Shown in pieces: positions 1-12,449 of a stretch of 64,000 nt of DNA; positions within the stretch are counted from its first letter, which is position 1, and each line of letters opens with the position of its first letter. Origin of the DNA: Schizochytrium sp. TIO01 (taxonomy: Eukaryota; Protista; Bigyra: Labyrinthulomycetes); contig SMSO01000005.1 in assembly GCA_004764695.1 (NCBI GenBank), positions 1,851,582 through 1,915,581 of the forward strand, in the 5' to 3' direction. A program made the translations under genes and the position numbers. The notes beneath the pieces are model-generated. The model worked only from the letters and a program-made list of their open reading frames with translations, did no database searches and was not told the origin of the DNA.

Positions 1-817
1 ACACCATGAGTGCGTTTCAGCAAAAGTTAGCACTATAGTATCCACTTAATCTTGCATCAGTACCTACCTCACTCCCTAGGAGAACAGCAACCAGGTTTCA
101 ATTGTCCTGTTGCCTCAAACAAGCCGATTAAATACACGGCAAGTGCTTGTTGCGCATGAGTAATGTTGCCCCAAAACTCGAGCCAACGCCTAGTAGACAG
201 GTACCATACTCTATAGACCTAGTACGCGATGAGCCTTACGTTAGAGCTAGAGACTTTAGACGATTGGACTTACAATGGGAGTGCTTCTGCGTAATCTAAA
301 TAGCCAGCTCGAGTAGACATTTCAATTAAACAAACAAGGATGATCGCAGAAAGCCTTGCAAGAGAAACGCTTCCGAGTCCCGCTCCAAAAGGGCCTCCAG
401 CACTGCTCACTGATTTCTAGTCAGCCTGCTACAGGAGCGTACGGCCACCGTCCTCCTTAGCTATCTCTAGCTAGAGACACCACAATCGTCTCTGCCTGCC
501 TCTACGGGTAGTAGTTACTCTAGTAGAGTAGGTAGTCACTGAAAACGAGAGAGTACTCCGGCTTTTCCATCTCCGACCCTGGCTGGTTCCGAGTTGGTTC
601 CGCCGGCGCCGAGTTATTTAGCGTTAGTATGTCGATTGGGTTCTGCGCCTGTTCTGCGGAACTGAAGAAAGGTCCTGGCGAAGAGAGAAGGTTCGTTGGA
701 GAACAGCGAAGCGTTCTCTCCGTATAAATGAAGGGAGAGAGTTCCTGCTCCATAGTGCGGGCTTGAAAAAGCAGGGGAAGGCAAGTTTGGCGAGGCGAGG
801 CGGTGAGCAGAACCTAA

Positions 818-3035
818 ATGCAAAAGCTCCCAGGATCCCCGGAACTGGTTGAGACAGAGAGCGTGTTGGAGAAGAGAAGCGTTGTTGTTGAGAAGAGAGA
901 TTTGCAGGAAAAGAGTACTACTTGTCTGAGTAACGAGAAGAAAAGCGTGAAGATGATTATGGAAAACATGATGAAGTCTTCTAGCTCTCGTGGCGAGAGA
1001 ACCTGGATGGTTGAGGTGAATGATGAGGTTGTGTACTCATTTAGCGTGCAAGATGAATCGATTTGCATGGACAAGGTTCGCGAGCAGGTGCTGCGCGGAC
1101 TTGGTGAAAATGCGAAGGTGCCGGATGGCTTTGCCATTCGCACGGGACTGAATAAAGTGACCCCTGTTGAATCTGACGATACTCTGCGTGAAGTCATCGC
1201 GGGTCTCCCCAACTTTACGGTGATTGTACCGGTCTATACGGCGGAGACTACGCAGGCGCAGCAGCAACTAGAGGACGAGGCTGAATTGGTCTCTAAAGTT
1301 GCTGCGTTTGACCTTGACGAAGAGATGTCCTCTTCTTCGTGCTCGGATGACGAGGATGAAGAAGATGAAATTGCTAACGACGACGACGATGATGATGACG
1401 ATGACGACGACGACGAAGATTGTGAGGACCAGGAGGAGAATCGTGTAGATGCCTCTGAGATTGAGTTCGAGGACGAGCGGGCTAAGAGTATAATTGCTGC
1501 TCTTGCCGAGCGTGATTCCTCGGTTAAATGTCGAGGAAACGCTTGCCAAGTTCGAGAGTATTTTCCCCGACTCCGCAACCAAGGTTGGATTTCTCCTTTT
1601 TGCGTCAAACCAAAAGGAAAAGCGCCTTGCCAAGATCGGGCTCGATGTAGCTGCTGCGAAAAAGGTGTCTCGTGATGAGGCCCTTGCTTTCGAATATGAA
1701 ATTCTCGCAAAGCTTTCGCCGACCGAGGTTGCTATTGCACTCCTGAATTATCGCATCAAGCCTGGTAAGCTCTTGAAGTCTGGTCTTGGCCGCCTCGGGT
1801 ATACAATGAAGCTCGCTAAGAAGGCATTCAAGGGTGGTCCTTACGGTGTGAAGGCCCACAAGAAGATGATGAAGAAGGCCCACAAGGCGCACAAGAAGAT
1901 GGAAGGAGGCAAGCATATGCGTCCTGACCATCCTTGGGCACATGGGCCTGGTGGGCACCACGGTCATCATCACGGTCGTCATGGACTAGGTGGTGGGTTT
2001 CGAGGTGGTCGCCACGGTGGATTCGGTGGTCATGTACCTTTTGAAGGTCCAGAAGGTGCCCCCCACCACGGAGGCCCCCACCACGGAGGCCCCCACCACG
2101 GAGGCCCCCACCACGGAGGCCCCCACCACGGAGGCCCCCGCCATGGTGGTCGCATGCATTTTGGCGGTGGTCCTCTTGGTATGATGGGTCACCCTGGCTG
2201 CCCTCCTCCTCCTCCTCCCTTTGAGCATCAGCATAGTGAAGCTCGCATGCCTGTGGATAGTGAAGTCCACGGAGGACCTGCTGCTGGTTTTGGTGGCTGG
2301 GCCCCTCATATGGGCCGTGGCGGTCGTGGCGGTCGCGGTCGCGCGGGCTTTGGCGGACGGGGTGGACACATGTTTCATCCCGGTTTTATGGCTGGCCCTT
2401 TTGCTCCTCCTCCCCCGAAGAATCACAATGGGGAAAGCAGCAGTGACGATGAGGGCGAGAACGAGAAGTTTTCTGGCGCTGGCCACTTTGGTCTGCCTGG
2501 ACACTGGGGCGGTATGATGTGGCATGGTGGACATCATGGACATCATGGCCGTGGCCCTCGTCACGCTCACCATGGAGGACTTGGCTTTGGAGGTGGTCCT
2601 GGCCGTTGTCACATGCGGGGAATGCGTAATCACCCTGGTTGCATGAAAAAACTTGCTCGCTTCGTGGCGCACAAGTCTATTCCTGACGGGATGAAGATTC
2701 GTGGCTTGACGACTTTCGAAAAGAAATGGCGTATCCGCAACGATAGTGAAGTTGCCTGGGCAGGTCCTGCATCCCTTGTCAACGCTCGTGGTGGGGACAA
2801 TCTTTCTATGAAAGACACGAAATCTACTTTGGTTGGTCCTCTCCAACCTGGGGAGGAGATTGAGGTTGAAATTGGACCTCTTCAAGCCCCTGAGAAGCCT
2901 GGTCTTTACAAGGCGTTTTTTCGTCTGCAAGGTGATGATGGTCGTTTCGGCCAGCGTCTCTGGTGCGAAATTTTCGTTCCCGAAAGCAATGAAGACGTAC
3001 TCGCGATTGCAACTGAAGAAGCCAAGGAACAGTGA
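818..3035 (+). CDS. NBR1/ILRUN-like protein: N-terminal PB1-like domain, acidic tract, His/Gly/RGG low-complexity region, C-terminal NBR1 FW (Ig-like) domain. Split over two ORFs by a 1-nt frameshift at ~1526-1528
   Basis: ORF 818-1675 has a beta-grasp-like segment (RTWMVEVNDEVVYSFSV...VESDDTLREVI) and a D/E tract. ORF 1494-3035 ends in a typical FW domain (RFVAHKSIPDG...FEKKWRIRND...W...LQPGEEIEV...APEKPGLYKAFFRL...FGQRLWCEIFV). Removing one A from GTTAAATGTC joins them as ALAERDSSV-NVEETLAKF. True start could be a downstream ATG (~952-968). Confidence 0.8.
2061..2150 (+). repeat. Coding minisatellite, 15-bp unit CCCCACCACGGAGGC x5 plus one degenerate copy (PHHGG repeats)
   Basis: Read directly from the sequence. 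Confidence 0.95.
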
Positions 3036-3447
3036 ATCATCCGTCTCAGCAAAATACCTTTACATTGAATTTTCTTCAAACCAAATGAGTCAACACTCAA
3101 TCATTAGCAAATTATCCTCTTAAAAGCGATGTCCATCCCGCGTTCTAAAAACTTAAAAAAAAAAACCATATTCTTTCTTAAAATTATAAAAATCATTCTC
3201 GTATTTTCATTATGTCATTCTTATGAATCCTTCTAACTATGTAACATTCTATGTTACTTCCTTAATATACTGCTCTACTACTTAGTACTACTCTATTGGA
3301 TGTACTCTAGTTTTCATTAGATAAAGAGGCTTGAAGTTTCGCACGGCGTCCTACTCCTGTTGACCCCTCTCGCTAGAAAGAAACAAACAAAACGAAGTCG
3401 GCAGGATCGCGGGTACATCCAAAGTCCATCGGAAACGTACATTAAAG

Positions 3448-4272
3448 ATGTCAATGCTTCTCAGTGGCAAGCGCGGCTTTGTGGTGGGGGTCTCAAACGC
3501 AAGATCCATCGGCTGGGCGGTTGCAAAGAGCTGGGCAGAGCATGGCGCAGAGCTAATAATCGGCGTGGAGAGCAGCAGGTTTGTTGACAAAGTTCGTAAA
3601 CTAGTCGAGACTGAGCTTAGTGAATCCCGTGTTCAAGTTGTGGAATGCAACTTGGATGATGATAAATCTTTGGAAGCGCTAGGTCCGGAGATCCAACATC
3701 TATGGCCGGAGGAAAGCCTAGACATGGCCTGCCATGCAGTTGCTTTTGCGCCAAAAACTGCTTTGCACAATCGATTTGTAAAACTTTCTCGCGAAGACTT
3801 TGCGAGGACTATGCAAACAAGCGTGTATAGCTTTATTGGACTTGCTCGAACCCTAGAGCCCTTGATGGCCCGTCCCAACAACCAGCCGAGTGCAAGCTTA
3901 ATGACACTGACATTTGATGGCTCTCAGCGTGCGGTCCCTGGCTATGGTATCATGGGCCCAGCTAAAGGTGCTTTAGAAAGTACTTGCAAATATCTGGCAG
4001 CCGATCTCGGTGTTCAGAGTAACATCAGAGTGAATGCGATCAGCGCTGGCCCACTCAACACCTTGGCTGCTCGCGGTTTGCCCCGATTTCACGATCTTAA
4101 GGATCGAGCAAGTAGTCGTCAGACTCTTCCTCAAGATTTAACATCTGATGATGTTGGTCAGTTGGCTGCTTTCTTGGCAAGTGACATGGCCGCCCGAATT
4201 TCCGGTCAGACTCTCTTTGTAGATGGTGGTGCATCAAGTCAGGCATTTAGCAACGACCCGGAGAATCCTTAG
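3448..4272 (+). CDS. fabI: Enoyl-[acyl-carrier-protein] reductase (NADH), FabI-type SDR
   Basis: LLSGKRGFVVGVSNARSIGWAVA N-terminus, HAVAFAP, catalytic YGIMGPAK (YxxMxxxK), IRVNAISAGPLNTLAA, ISGQTLFVDGG; intronless. Confidence 0.93.
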   Translation: MSMLLSGKRGFVVGVSNARSIGWAVAKSWAEHGAELIIGVESSRFVDKVRKLVETELSESRVQVVECNLDDDKSLEALGPEIQHLWPEESLDMACHAVAFAPKTALHNRFVKLSREDFARTMQTSVYSFIGLARTLEPLMARPNNQPSASLMTLTFDGSQRAVPGYGIMGPAKGALESTCKYLAADLGVQSNIRVNAISAGPLNTLAARGLPRFHDLKDRASSRQTLPQDLTSDDVGQLAAFLASDMAARISGQTLFVDGGASSQAFSNDPENP

Positions 4273-7200
4273 ATAATTATTGACCTCCTTTCTGTGAAAA
4301 ATACGCAATATAATACTGGAGGAGATATATTTCCATTCACATTAAAAAGCTACAATACAAATTTATTTCATATGTACATCATTGTTTGTGGGGCAAGTAC
4401 GATTTCAGCATCGGTCTACACAGCAGTCTGTACTATCCAATTTACACAACCAGTCATCAAAGATGTTATAGTATAAATTGAGCTATACGTTTTGCAAGCG
4501 GACGTTACAAACCTATGATTCCCCAGCCAAGTACTCTCTAGGAACTTTAAGTAACATAACTCTTGTTCATATTAAAGTCGTTAGAAAATACGCTATGACC
4601 CAATCAAGTTGTTTGCCATTTATTTGACGAGGAAGCCTCTTCTCTAAGCAGTGCCTCTGCTCGCTTGCTTATTCTATACATATGCACCTTCTCTGAGAAT
4701 CTGGATTTTAAAACGCTATTGTTATTTATTATTTTATTATAGACATTTTCTGACCCGAGTAATGACTTTTACATCGGTCTAAATTTCTAGATCACTTTGA
4801 ACACTTTTGAAGAGCTACACTGCTACATAGTTTGCTCGATTGACCAAGGTGAGTACAAGTGCAACAGCACTTCCGATGCCCAAAGCGTTGTAAGATGTAC
4901 CGAATTGAAGTTTATTCGTTGCAACTATCAAGTAGACAAGAACTACCCTGCCGTTTTTTTGTTATTTTATATAGTTGGAAGCAGAAATCGATACATCGAA
5001 ATTCTTTGATATCCCGAGTTCAAGAAAATCTGATGCGCTGCCCAATGTTTATAGTTAGTAATATTGGTACCTACTACGTACAACAGTGTAGCGAGGCATT
5101 TTCGGGCGCGTCGGTTTCACGTGCTGCAGAAGTAAGTTAAATGAAGGGCGTCGCTTTATTTTCATAATTTGTATGTTCAAGAATGCCAACGTTTAAATCA
5201 AGTCAAGTATGATACTGGGGAATGTAGCATGCCAACCATGCACTGTGTTTGACTCTGGCATTCCTCAATCATCACAGAGGTTTTTCTAACAGATAATGGT
5301 TATACTTATATAAGTTCTTTTTAATGTTTCTAAGAACGAGTATGTGGATAGTTCAAATTTTAAAAATAAGTTGTTTTTATTATTTTTTGTTTTTTCTCTG
5401 AATGAATGAATGAAAATGAAATTGCCATGAAAGAATCTTTTCCTGGCAGGTACAACCTTTTCAACTGAGGGAGTCCATTAGGTTTGGCTTTGGCCAGACA
5501 ATCATGAGCATTGCTTGAGGTTCCTTAGCACTCGTACGAAGGCTTGGTAGCCGCAGTACGGCCACTCCGTTTTCTGAATCGACCAATTAATGTGCTTACT
5601 TGCGTGAAGTAAGTTTGCTTCGCTGTCACTCTAAAACAGCTGAAATACCTCCCTCTCAATCTGTGCAGTTTGCTTTTTAATATCCTTGCTATTGATTCAT
5701 AACCCCGCCAGTTGTTCTCTGTCAATATCAATAAAAATCAAATTGTTAATGAACCTTGGACTGGCAACTCTTTTAGTAGAAGTCGAGCTTCGCCGAGAGG
5801 GCACAGCCTGACTGGCCCATGACTTATCGTTTTCGTGACTGCCTTGTCGCCCTTTATCAGTATCTAATCAAGAAGGGAAATTTCAATTTGAAATGTTTTA
5901 CAAGGAGTATGGAGTAGAATAGTACTGGGTGGACTTTTTCGGGGTGCTTAGACAGATTGCGGAAAAGGAGAGAAAGAGAGAGAGAGACTAGCGGTTTGGT
6001 TTGCTCTAATAACCAAAACCTAATGTCTTCGATTTATCACGTCTTTTTAAGTATTATACGATGGTTCTTATTTTAAAAAGAAAAATTAAAAAAAAATCTT
6101 AATTTGTTTTTCGAATCGGGAACCTACATAGCGCTAGCACCATCTAGTTAAATTTTTGTTTTCCATGTTGTACGATGAAAAAATTGATTTTGAAAATTGG
6201 CAAAAGCAGAGAAAATAGTCTCGAACCATATACATAATGATTAGCGTTTCTTTTTACTTTTCTTTTTTAGAATGTAATTTATAATGATATGATAATGATA
6301 GTAAGAGAACAAGTTCTCCTCATCTTTAATTTACAGGGATTTGTATCGATTCACCATATGCTCACCGCCAAGAGGTACATTTCCCAAATGGTAAATAAAT
6401 GCCTCTTCCCTAATGATTTCTTTCCTCTTCGAAGAACGGCCTCGTTGGCGAGCTATCAAACTTCCATTGCCAATTACTCCCTAGACCGTTTGCAAACCTT
6501 TGATTTAATTTGAAAATAAAAGGGAGAAAAGCTAGTAGTAGGTATGTAGTCAGTAGAGTATTATTAAAAAGAAACCATTATACTTTTCCATTTATACTAA
6601 AGGAGTAGGGAGGGCGCCGTTCTATCATCTAAAGTACGATAAGCCAAAGCAAATCGGTGTAGTGCCAGCATAGGTAGGTTGTTCGAACCCAAAGAGCTGG
6701 GATGCTTCAAGGTTTCGTTTTGAAACTCAAGCGTTCCCTTGATGCAAGCATTTGGCTGAAAAACATCGTTAAGAGGCAAGGTGAGCAGAGTCGCTGTCAC
6801 ATCGCACTTAAAATGACATTTGCAGCAGCGCGACCTATCTGAGACGCTCCATGATGGATACCGAATCACCTCATCACACCTCAATAAAACAATTCAACTA
6901 CTGGTAACCATAGTAGGTAGGTAGGTGGAAAGGTAGGTAGCACCCCAGTTACGCCATGACTGGCTTCAAAGTCTTCTCATTCCTTTTCCCACTTCTTTTT
7001 CTCCTTGATTCCTTTTATTTTGCGTGGTTCTACCTATAGGCCAGGTTATTTCTGCCATCCAGACTTCTTGGCATTAGAAAGTCTCTTCAGGATGGACGGG
7101 AGTCATGCTCGCTGGCAACAAGTGGTATAAAGATGAAAAGGAGGTTATGCACGTAGCAAAGCTGGCCATAAGCACATCATGGAGTTGTCTTGCAAGACTG

Positions 7201-8270
7201 AGCCATAGAAAGGATGCCTTGGTGTTTAGAACGCGAATCGGACACACACCCTGGTATTGCTACGTTGGAAAATTAGGAGTTAGAAGAAACAAGAAAGGAA
7301 CAAAGTCTGCCGTCGCGACCGGATGTCTATGAGGGAACTATTCGGCTCGTTAGTAGTAAAGGAAAAAGTTTTTTATGTACCATTCTCATCTGGGGCTGTA
7401 CTTAAATACTAGAGCGGTTGGGAGCACAAGTTTATTAATACCTCCTTAACTAACCGATCGCAAATCGCATCATCCTTGCGGCTGCGAGCGTCTCTGCGAG
7501 ACACGCCGGTAAACATTCGGCAAAGGCAGCCCCATGCTAGTGACGGCGTGCTACTGCCGCTCAGAAGGCCTATGGGAGGCCGAGGAGTCAGCCTGCTAGC
7601 GTAAAGGCATGAAGGCGAGAGTAACAAAACTAACTATTAAAATCACGATGTTCGGAGCAATCCGGTGCTTCACACAAGGGCACGAAACTTTTTCATTAGA
7701 AGCTTCTAGGCGTTTTAACTACCAAGAAGAACTAAGTAAAGACACTTTTGTCGCTTTGGGAGGCCAGATAGTCGGAAAAGAAATATATATTAAATAAAGT
7801 CTAGCACGAACACTTACTTTAATTTCTACTTGTCTTGCTTATGGCTCTCACCATTATAACAGCGACCTTGTGCCGCCCTGGGAACCAAACCTTGATTGCA
7901 GTTGCAGTTAGACAGGCACCTGGTGAAAGTAAATACGCAGACGCAACCCGAAGGCGTTCAGGACTATCCCGACTCCCCGGATAGAAGAAGCTTGAAGGGG
8001 ATCTTACGTTTATCCACGTAACAGCCTGGCTCGAGAGGCTTGAATACTCGATGCCTGGCTGCCTTTGGTCTTTTTCTTGTTGCCTACCTCGCTGATCAAG
8101 CGACTCTTTGTTTTACGAAGAGCGCGCTTGTCAAAAAGCCAGGTTTATCTGCACCTCCCGTGCGTAGGGGGAAACTCGAATCAGTTGTTCAGACATCGTT
8201 GGCTAAAAGTCCATACGTAAATCACAGATCAAACAAAGACTTGGTATAATCGCTTTGATTTTTCAGGACA

Positions 8271-10319
8271 ATGAGTTTGAGAAACAAGACAGGCTCACGA
8301 GAGGCACTACTTGCTCTTTTAGCCAGTGTGCTGCTACTCACAAATGTTGCTATCACAAACGCCATTTCCGAAAGGAGTCAGGAGATGATCGAAAACGTAA
8401 TTTATCGACAAGCCGAGCTTGCTGGAGAGCTTGACCTTCTTATCTCGTCTGCTCGTGATACAGAAGTCTACGATTGGAGACGTCAGCATGATAATGTTAC
8501 ACCGCCAGAGGATATTTCTGGTACCGAGTCATCTGCATCCGACGAAGAAGCAAAAGCGGCTGTAGGCACGAAGCCTAACATTTTGGTATTTTTGATGGAT
8601 GACCTGGGTCTTGGTGATGTCGGTTTTGGTCCTCAAACTCGTACAGAAACATACAACTCAACACCCTTTGTTTCTAGTCTTGCTCAGAATGAGGGTATGA
8701 TTTTAACTCGTCACTACACCTCATGGCACTGCTCCCCTTCACGTAGATCAATCTTGACAGGACGTATTCCTTTGCATGTGGGTGGAGATGAGCTCACTGA
8801 TTTTGCTGACGATGACCAAGACATGCGCATGACGTGGATTTCTGAGAAGTTAAAAGATGCCGGATATTACACACTTTACTACGGTAAGGGCCACATTGGA
8901 ACGCGTTCAATTCGCATGTTACCATACCAGCGCGGCTTTGATGAGCATCGCGGCTTTCTCGGTGGAAGTCAGACATATTATGGCTCAGGTGGTCGCTGGA
9001 TGGAAAACGAGCTGGATACAAGCAAGCTTTACAGTGCGTATTATTGGGGTAATGAAATGATGCAAAATATCAAGGCCGAGCTAGCAGAGGACAATCCTCG
9101 GCCTATCTTTCTGTTTTCAGCCATGCAAGCCCCACACACCCCGCTGAAGGCAATTCCTTCGTACAGTCGTTATGATAACGCATACGGTAGCGCAACCTAT
9201 GAAAACACCTATAATGGGGAGACATTAGAGCAATTTGATGTATTGCAATGGAACATGTTTGCCGCAGATGTAGAAATTGAGCGTGTGGTCAGTCTTTTTC
9301 AAGATGACGAAGCCGTATGGAATAATACTCTTGTTGTTTTTACAAGTGACAACGGTGGCACAAGCCAAAAGTCCCCGGGTAACAATTACCCTTTGCGCGG
9401 CGAGAAGGGTACTGCTTTTGAGGGCGGATTCCGTACGCCTACATTTGTGAGTGGTGGGATTCTTCCTACCAAGCTACGTGGTACGTACAACAACAAGATT
9501 TATCACATCTCTGACTGGTACCGTACATTTTGCAATCTTGCTGGTGTCTCTGGTGACGACGACCCGCCGATGCCCCCGATGTTCCCGAACCTGACGGCAG
9601 CAGACGTCCCCGACCCGCAATTCCCCAACGTCACAGATCCTCTCAATTCAACTCGACAGATCAATGCCTATGGCCCTCTGAGTTTTCCCCCAGTTGATAG
9701 CATTGATATGTGGCCGTCGTTAATGCAGCCATCAAAGTATGCAACTGATGCTGTGCACCCAGTGCTTGTGCTGAGCCGCGAGAGCATTATCATGGGAGAC
9801 ATGAAGCTTATCATTGCTCAACCCTGCTCCATGGGCATTGAGAGTGATATTAATTGCAAGGATGATGCAAACTATGGCTGGATTGACCGTGATAACATCT
9901 TTTCTGATTATGATGAAAGTCTGCCGTGCCTGGAGAAGTTTGACAACCGCAAGGTGGAGTACTTTATGAATGGCAGTTTTACTTTTAAACCATGCCTGTT
10001 CAACGTTACAGCCGATTATCGCGAGACTACACATATTGATGATGCAGAAACTCAAAACAAGCTTTGGAAGGCCTTAAACGACACCCTGTTGTATATGTAC
10101 ACCATTCGTCTCCCGGTCATGGGAGAGTATGGTTCGACACCCTTTTTCTGCTCTGGTCCGTGCTTTGAGTACGATTATGCTCTTAGCTACTATGGAACTT
10201 CAGACACAGATCTTATGGTGCCTGCATGTGGTGTTTATCAGACGGATGACACGGGCCACAACTTTTGCCCCACAAACGGCCCTGGAGCCATTATTGTCAA
10301 CGGCTCATCGATACTTTAG
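8271..10319 (+). CDS. Secreted formylglycine-dependent arylsulfatase (ARSB/ARSI-like)
   Basis: Hydrophobic signal segment, KPNILVFLMDDLG, CSPSRRSILTGR sulfatase signature, GKGHIG, APHTP, FTSDNGG, NYPLRGEKGTAFEGG. Confidence 0.93.
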   Translation: MSLRNKTGSREALLALLASVLLLTNVAITNAISERSQEMIENVIYRQAELAGELDLLISSARDTEVYDWRRQHDNVTPPEDISGTESSASDEEAKAAVGTKPNILVFLMDDLGLGDVGFGPQTRTETYNSTPFVSSLAQNEGMILTRHYTSWHCSPSRRSILTGRIPLHVGGDELTDFADDDQDMRMTWISEKLKDAGYYTLYYGKGHIGTRSIRMLPYQRGFDEHRGFLGGSQTYYGSGGRWMENELDTSKLYSAYYWGNEMMQNIKAELAEDNPRPIFLFSAMQAPHTPLKAIPSYSRYDNAYGSATYENTYNGETLEQFDVLQWNMFAADVEIERVVSLFQDDEAVWNNTLVVFTSDNGGTSQKSPGNNYPLRGEKGTAFEGGFRTPTFVSGGILPTKLRGTYNNKIYHISDWYRTFCNLAGVSGDDDPPMPPMFPNLTAADVPDPQFPNVTDPLNSTRQINAYGPLSFPPVDSIDMWPSLMQPSKYATDAVHPVLVLSRESIIMGDMKLIIAQPCSMGIESDINCKDDANYGWIDRDNIFSDYDESLPCLEKFDNRKVEYFMNGSFTFKPCLFNVTADYRETTHIDDAETQNKLWKALNDTLLYMYTIRLPVMGEYGSTPFFCSGPCFEYDYALSYYGTSDTDLMVPACGVYQTDDTGHNFCPTNGPGAIIVNGSSIL

Positions 10320-11060
10320 AAGTAAACATGGCGCGCATTTTTATTATCCACTCGAGAAAGCAAAGCACTTGTAAGAGGAAGCATCGACACGATAGCTCCT
10401 GGTTGTAATTGGTTGTTTTTTGGTTGTGTTGCTGTATGCGTGCGAGTTTTGATAGATTAATATAGACATACAAAGTCTCTGAGGAGTAGGTACCACCGAC
10501 ATAGTTGTAGATTGACAACATACAGGAGGGGCTGGATAGAGGCAAACGGTTTTTTCCCTTTTGTAGGCTAATTGAACAAGTAGTATTCCATAAGCTTTCG
10601 TTCCATTATCAATCTCGTCGTTCGTCCTTGGACCTTTTTTATTTCTTTTTTTTCGGGAGGTGGTGGGGGACAGCACAGTCCCAAGCTGCGTCCTGTGTTT
10701 GGTATTTCTCTTGTACTATTCTCTACTTGCCTATAGCATGCGGAGGTAAAAGACATATTACTTTTATTCGCTTGGTGAACAGTCCAATATAACACACGGA
10801 CATATGGGCTATTTCTTTTTTGGCTATTTTGTGACTGGTGCGAAGCGTTCCTAGATAATCTTCAGTAAGTGAGTGAGCCTTCCAACATTTCCATATATAG
10901 TGCAAAGATAGCGAAATGAAGCTTCAGAGACGCAGGTTTAGCTTGCAGCTGCTGCAGCTAGACTTTTCAACCAACCTTGAGTTCTTCAAGGTTTCTGGTC
11001 TTGGTGGCGCAACTAGTACCGAGATCTCCGGCCTTACTCCCTAAACCCCGCCTCATCGTT

Positions 11061-11140
11061 TACTACTACTGCTACTAATACTGCTACTACTACTACTACT
11101 ACTACTACTGCTACTACTACTACTACTACTACTGCTACTG

Positions 11141-11198
<58 letters not shown>
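11061..11198. repeat. (TAC)n microsatellite with TGC/TAA interruptions
   Basis: About 46 trinucleotide units read directly. Confidence 0.97.
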
Positions 11199-12235
11199 CA
11201 GTGACCGAGGTGATCTGTCCAACATGGACAAATCGAAAGGAGAGTTCCTCGTTGACGTAATTTTGGATTGAGAATCAAAGAACTAGGCATTCATTTCACT
11301 ATGAAGTCTGTGACCTCAGCGCTTACGTTTTTGGTCATCTTATAGTTGATAAATTGAACAAAACAGTGAATCTTTACGCTTTCCATACACAATTTTATAA
11401 ATAGTAATTTAAAAAACTATGGAAATGGACAGGGGTTTCTTCTCGTGATACATTTGTCAATGTGAGTGTATACAGAATTCTTGATTGGCGGAAGCTATAC
11501 GTCTTCAAATCTCACCAAGGTTTTTACCTAGCCGGAGCGGTTCGAAACTTAACTGTTGGATGCCTCAGAAATGAAAGTTCAATAAAAAGCAAACAGTTTC
11601 CGGGGGTTGAAACCTTTGGCGTCAAGAAGCGAAACAGCACTGCACTGCAAGATTTGCGAAACGCTCCATAAGCGATAATTCGTGCTAGCACACTTAATCC
11701 AAATTAGTTGCTCCATAACTGAACCGGTGTATTCTGGCAAACCTCCAGAGAAGCGGCCTCTGCAGAACTCCCTTGCGTTTACAAAGCTAGATACATGACA
11801 TCAGAACTTGTAGATATCATCATTGGATACACGCAGGTGACGACTCAGAACTAAATTCTTAGGGTATCCTTTTCGGATGTTCAAGAGGGATGACGTGTGG
11901 TACCACCTATTTTACAATGGAGGTGTCTTTCAAAGCGTTAACATGAGGTGATCCAAAAGTGGTAAGCGGTTATAGCATGGGCTTGGAGAGTGGCAGAGCC
12001 CGATCTTGGCGGAGCCGGAGCTTGAACGGCTGTCAAAGCACACATTGAGCAGGAGGAGATTCCATGTTGTCCCCGAAATAGCCAGAGAACTCTAAAAAAT
12101 TAAAAAGAAAATTAAGATCTCGGAGATCGCAGAACCCTTAATAGAGACTACTCAAAACACATAGGACTACTACTCTAAAAAGTACCGGAGAAGGGTTAGC
12201 ACAAGCTATGCAACTCCTAGAGACTATCGCGAAGA

Positions 12236-12271
12236 AAGAGAGACACAGAGAGAGAGAGAGAGAGAAAGAGA
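12236..12271. repeat. (AG)n-rich microsatellite upstream of a gene
   Basis: gagagagagagagagaga tract. Confidence 0.8.
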
Positions 12272-12449
12272 GTGACACAAAGGCAAGAAAGGCGGTCCGT
12301 AGCCAGTTCCTCTTCGAGTTCCTCTTCGAGTTCCTCTTCCAGCGCGTTCCTCAGGTTCCGGCGGTCTCTATCCTCGTAAGCAAGCACGCCGGGCGCATAA
12401 GCTCCGCGTGGCTGACTTGACAACTAGCAGCCGGCGGCAGACCAACAAC

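Noticed and set aside
1986-2930. 314-aa antisense ORF and other long antisense ORFs over GC-rich genes (e.g. 15033-15701)
   Set aside because: Shadow frames of well-supported genes on the opposite strand
11034-11231. Poly-Val ORF
   Set aside because: Antisense reading of the (TAC)n microsatellite
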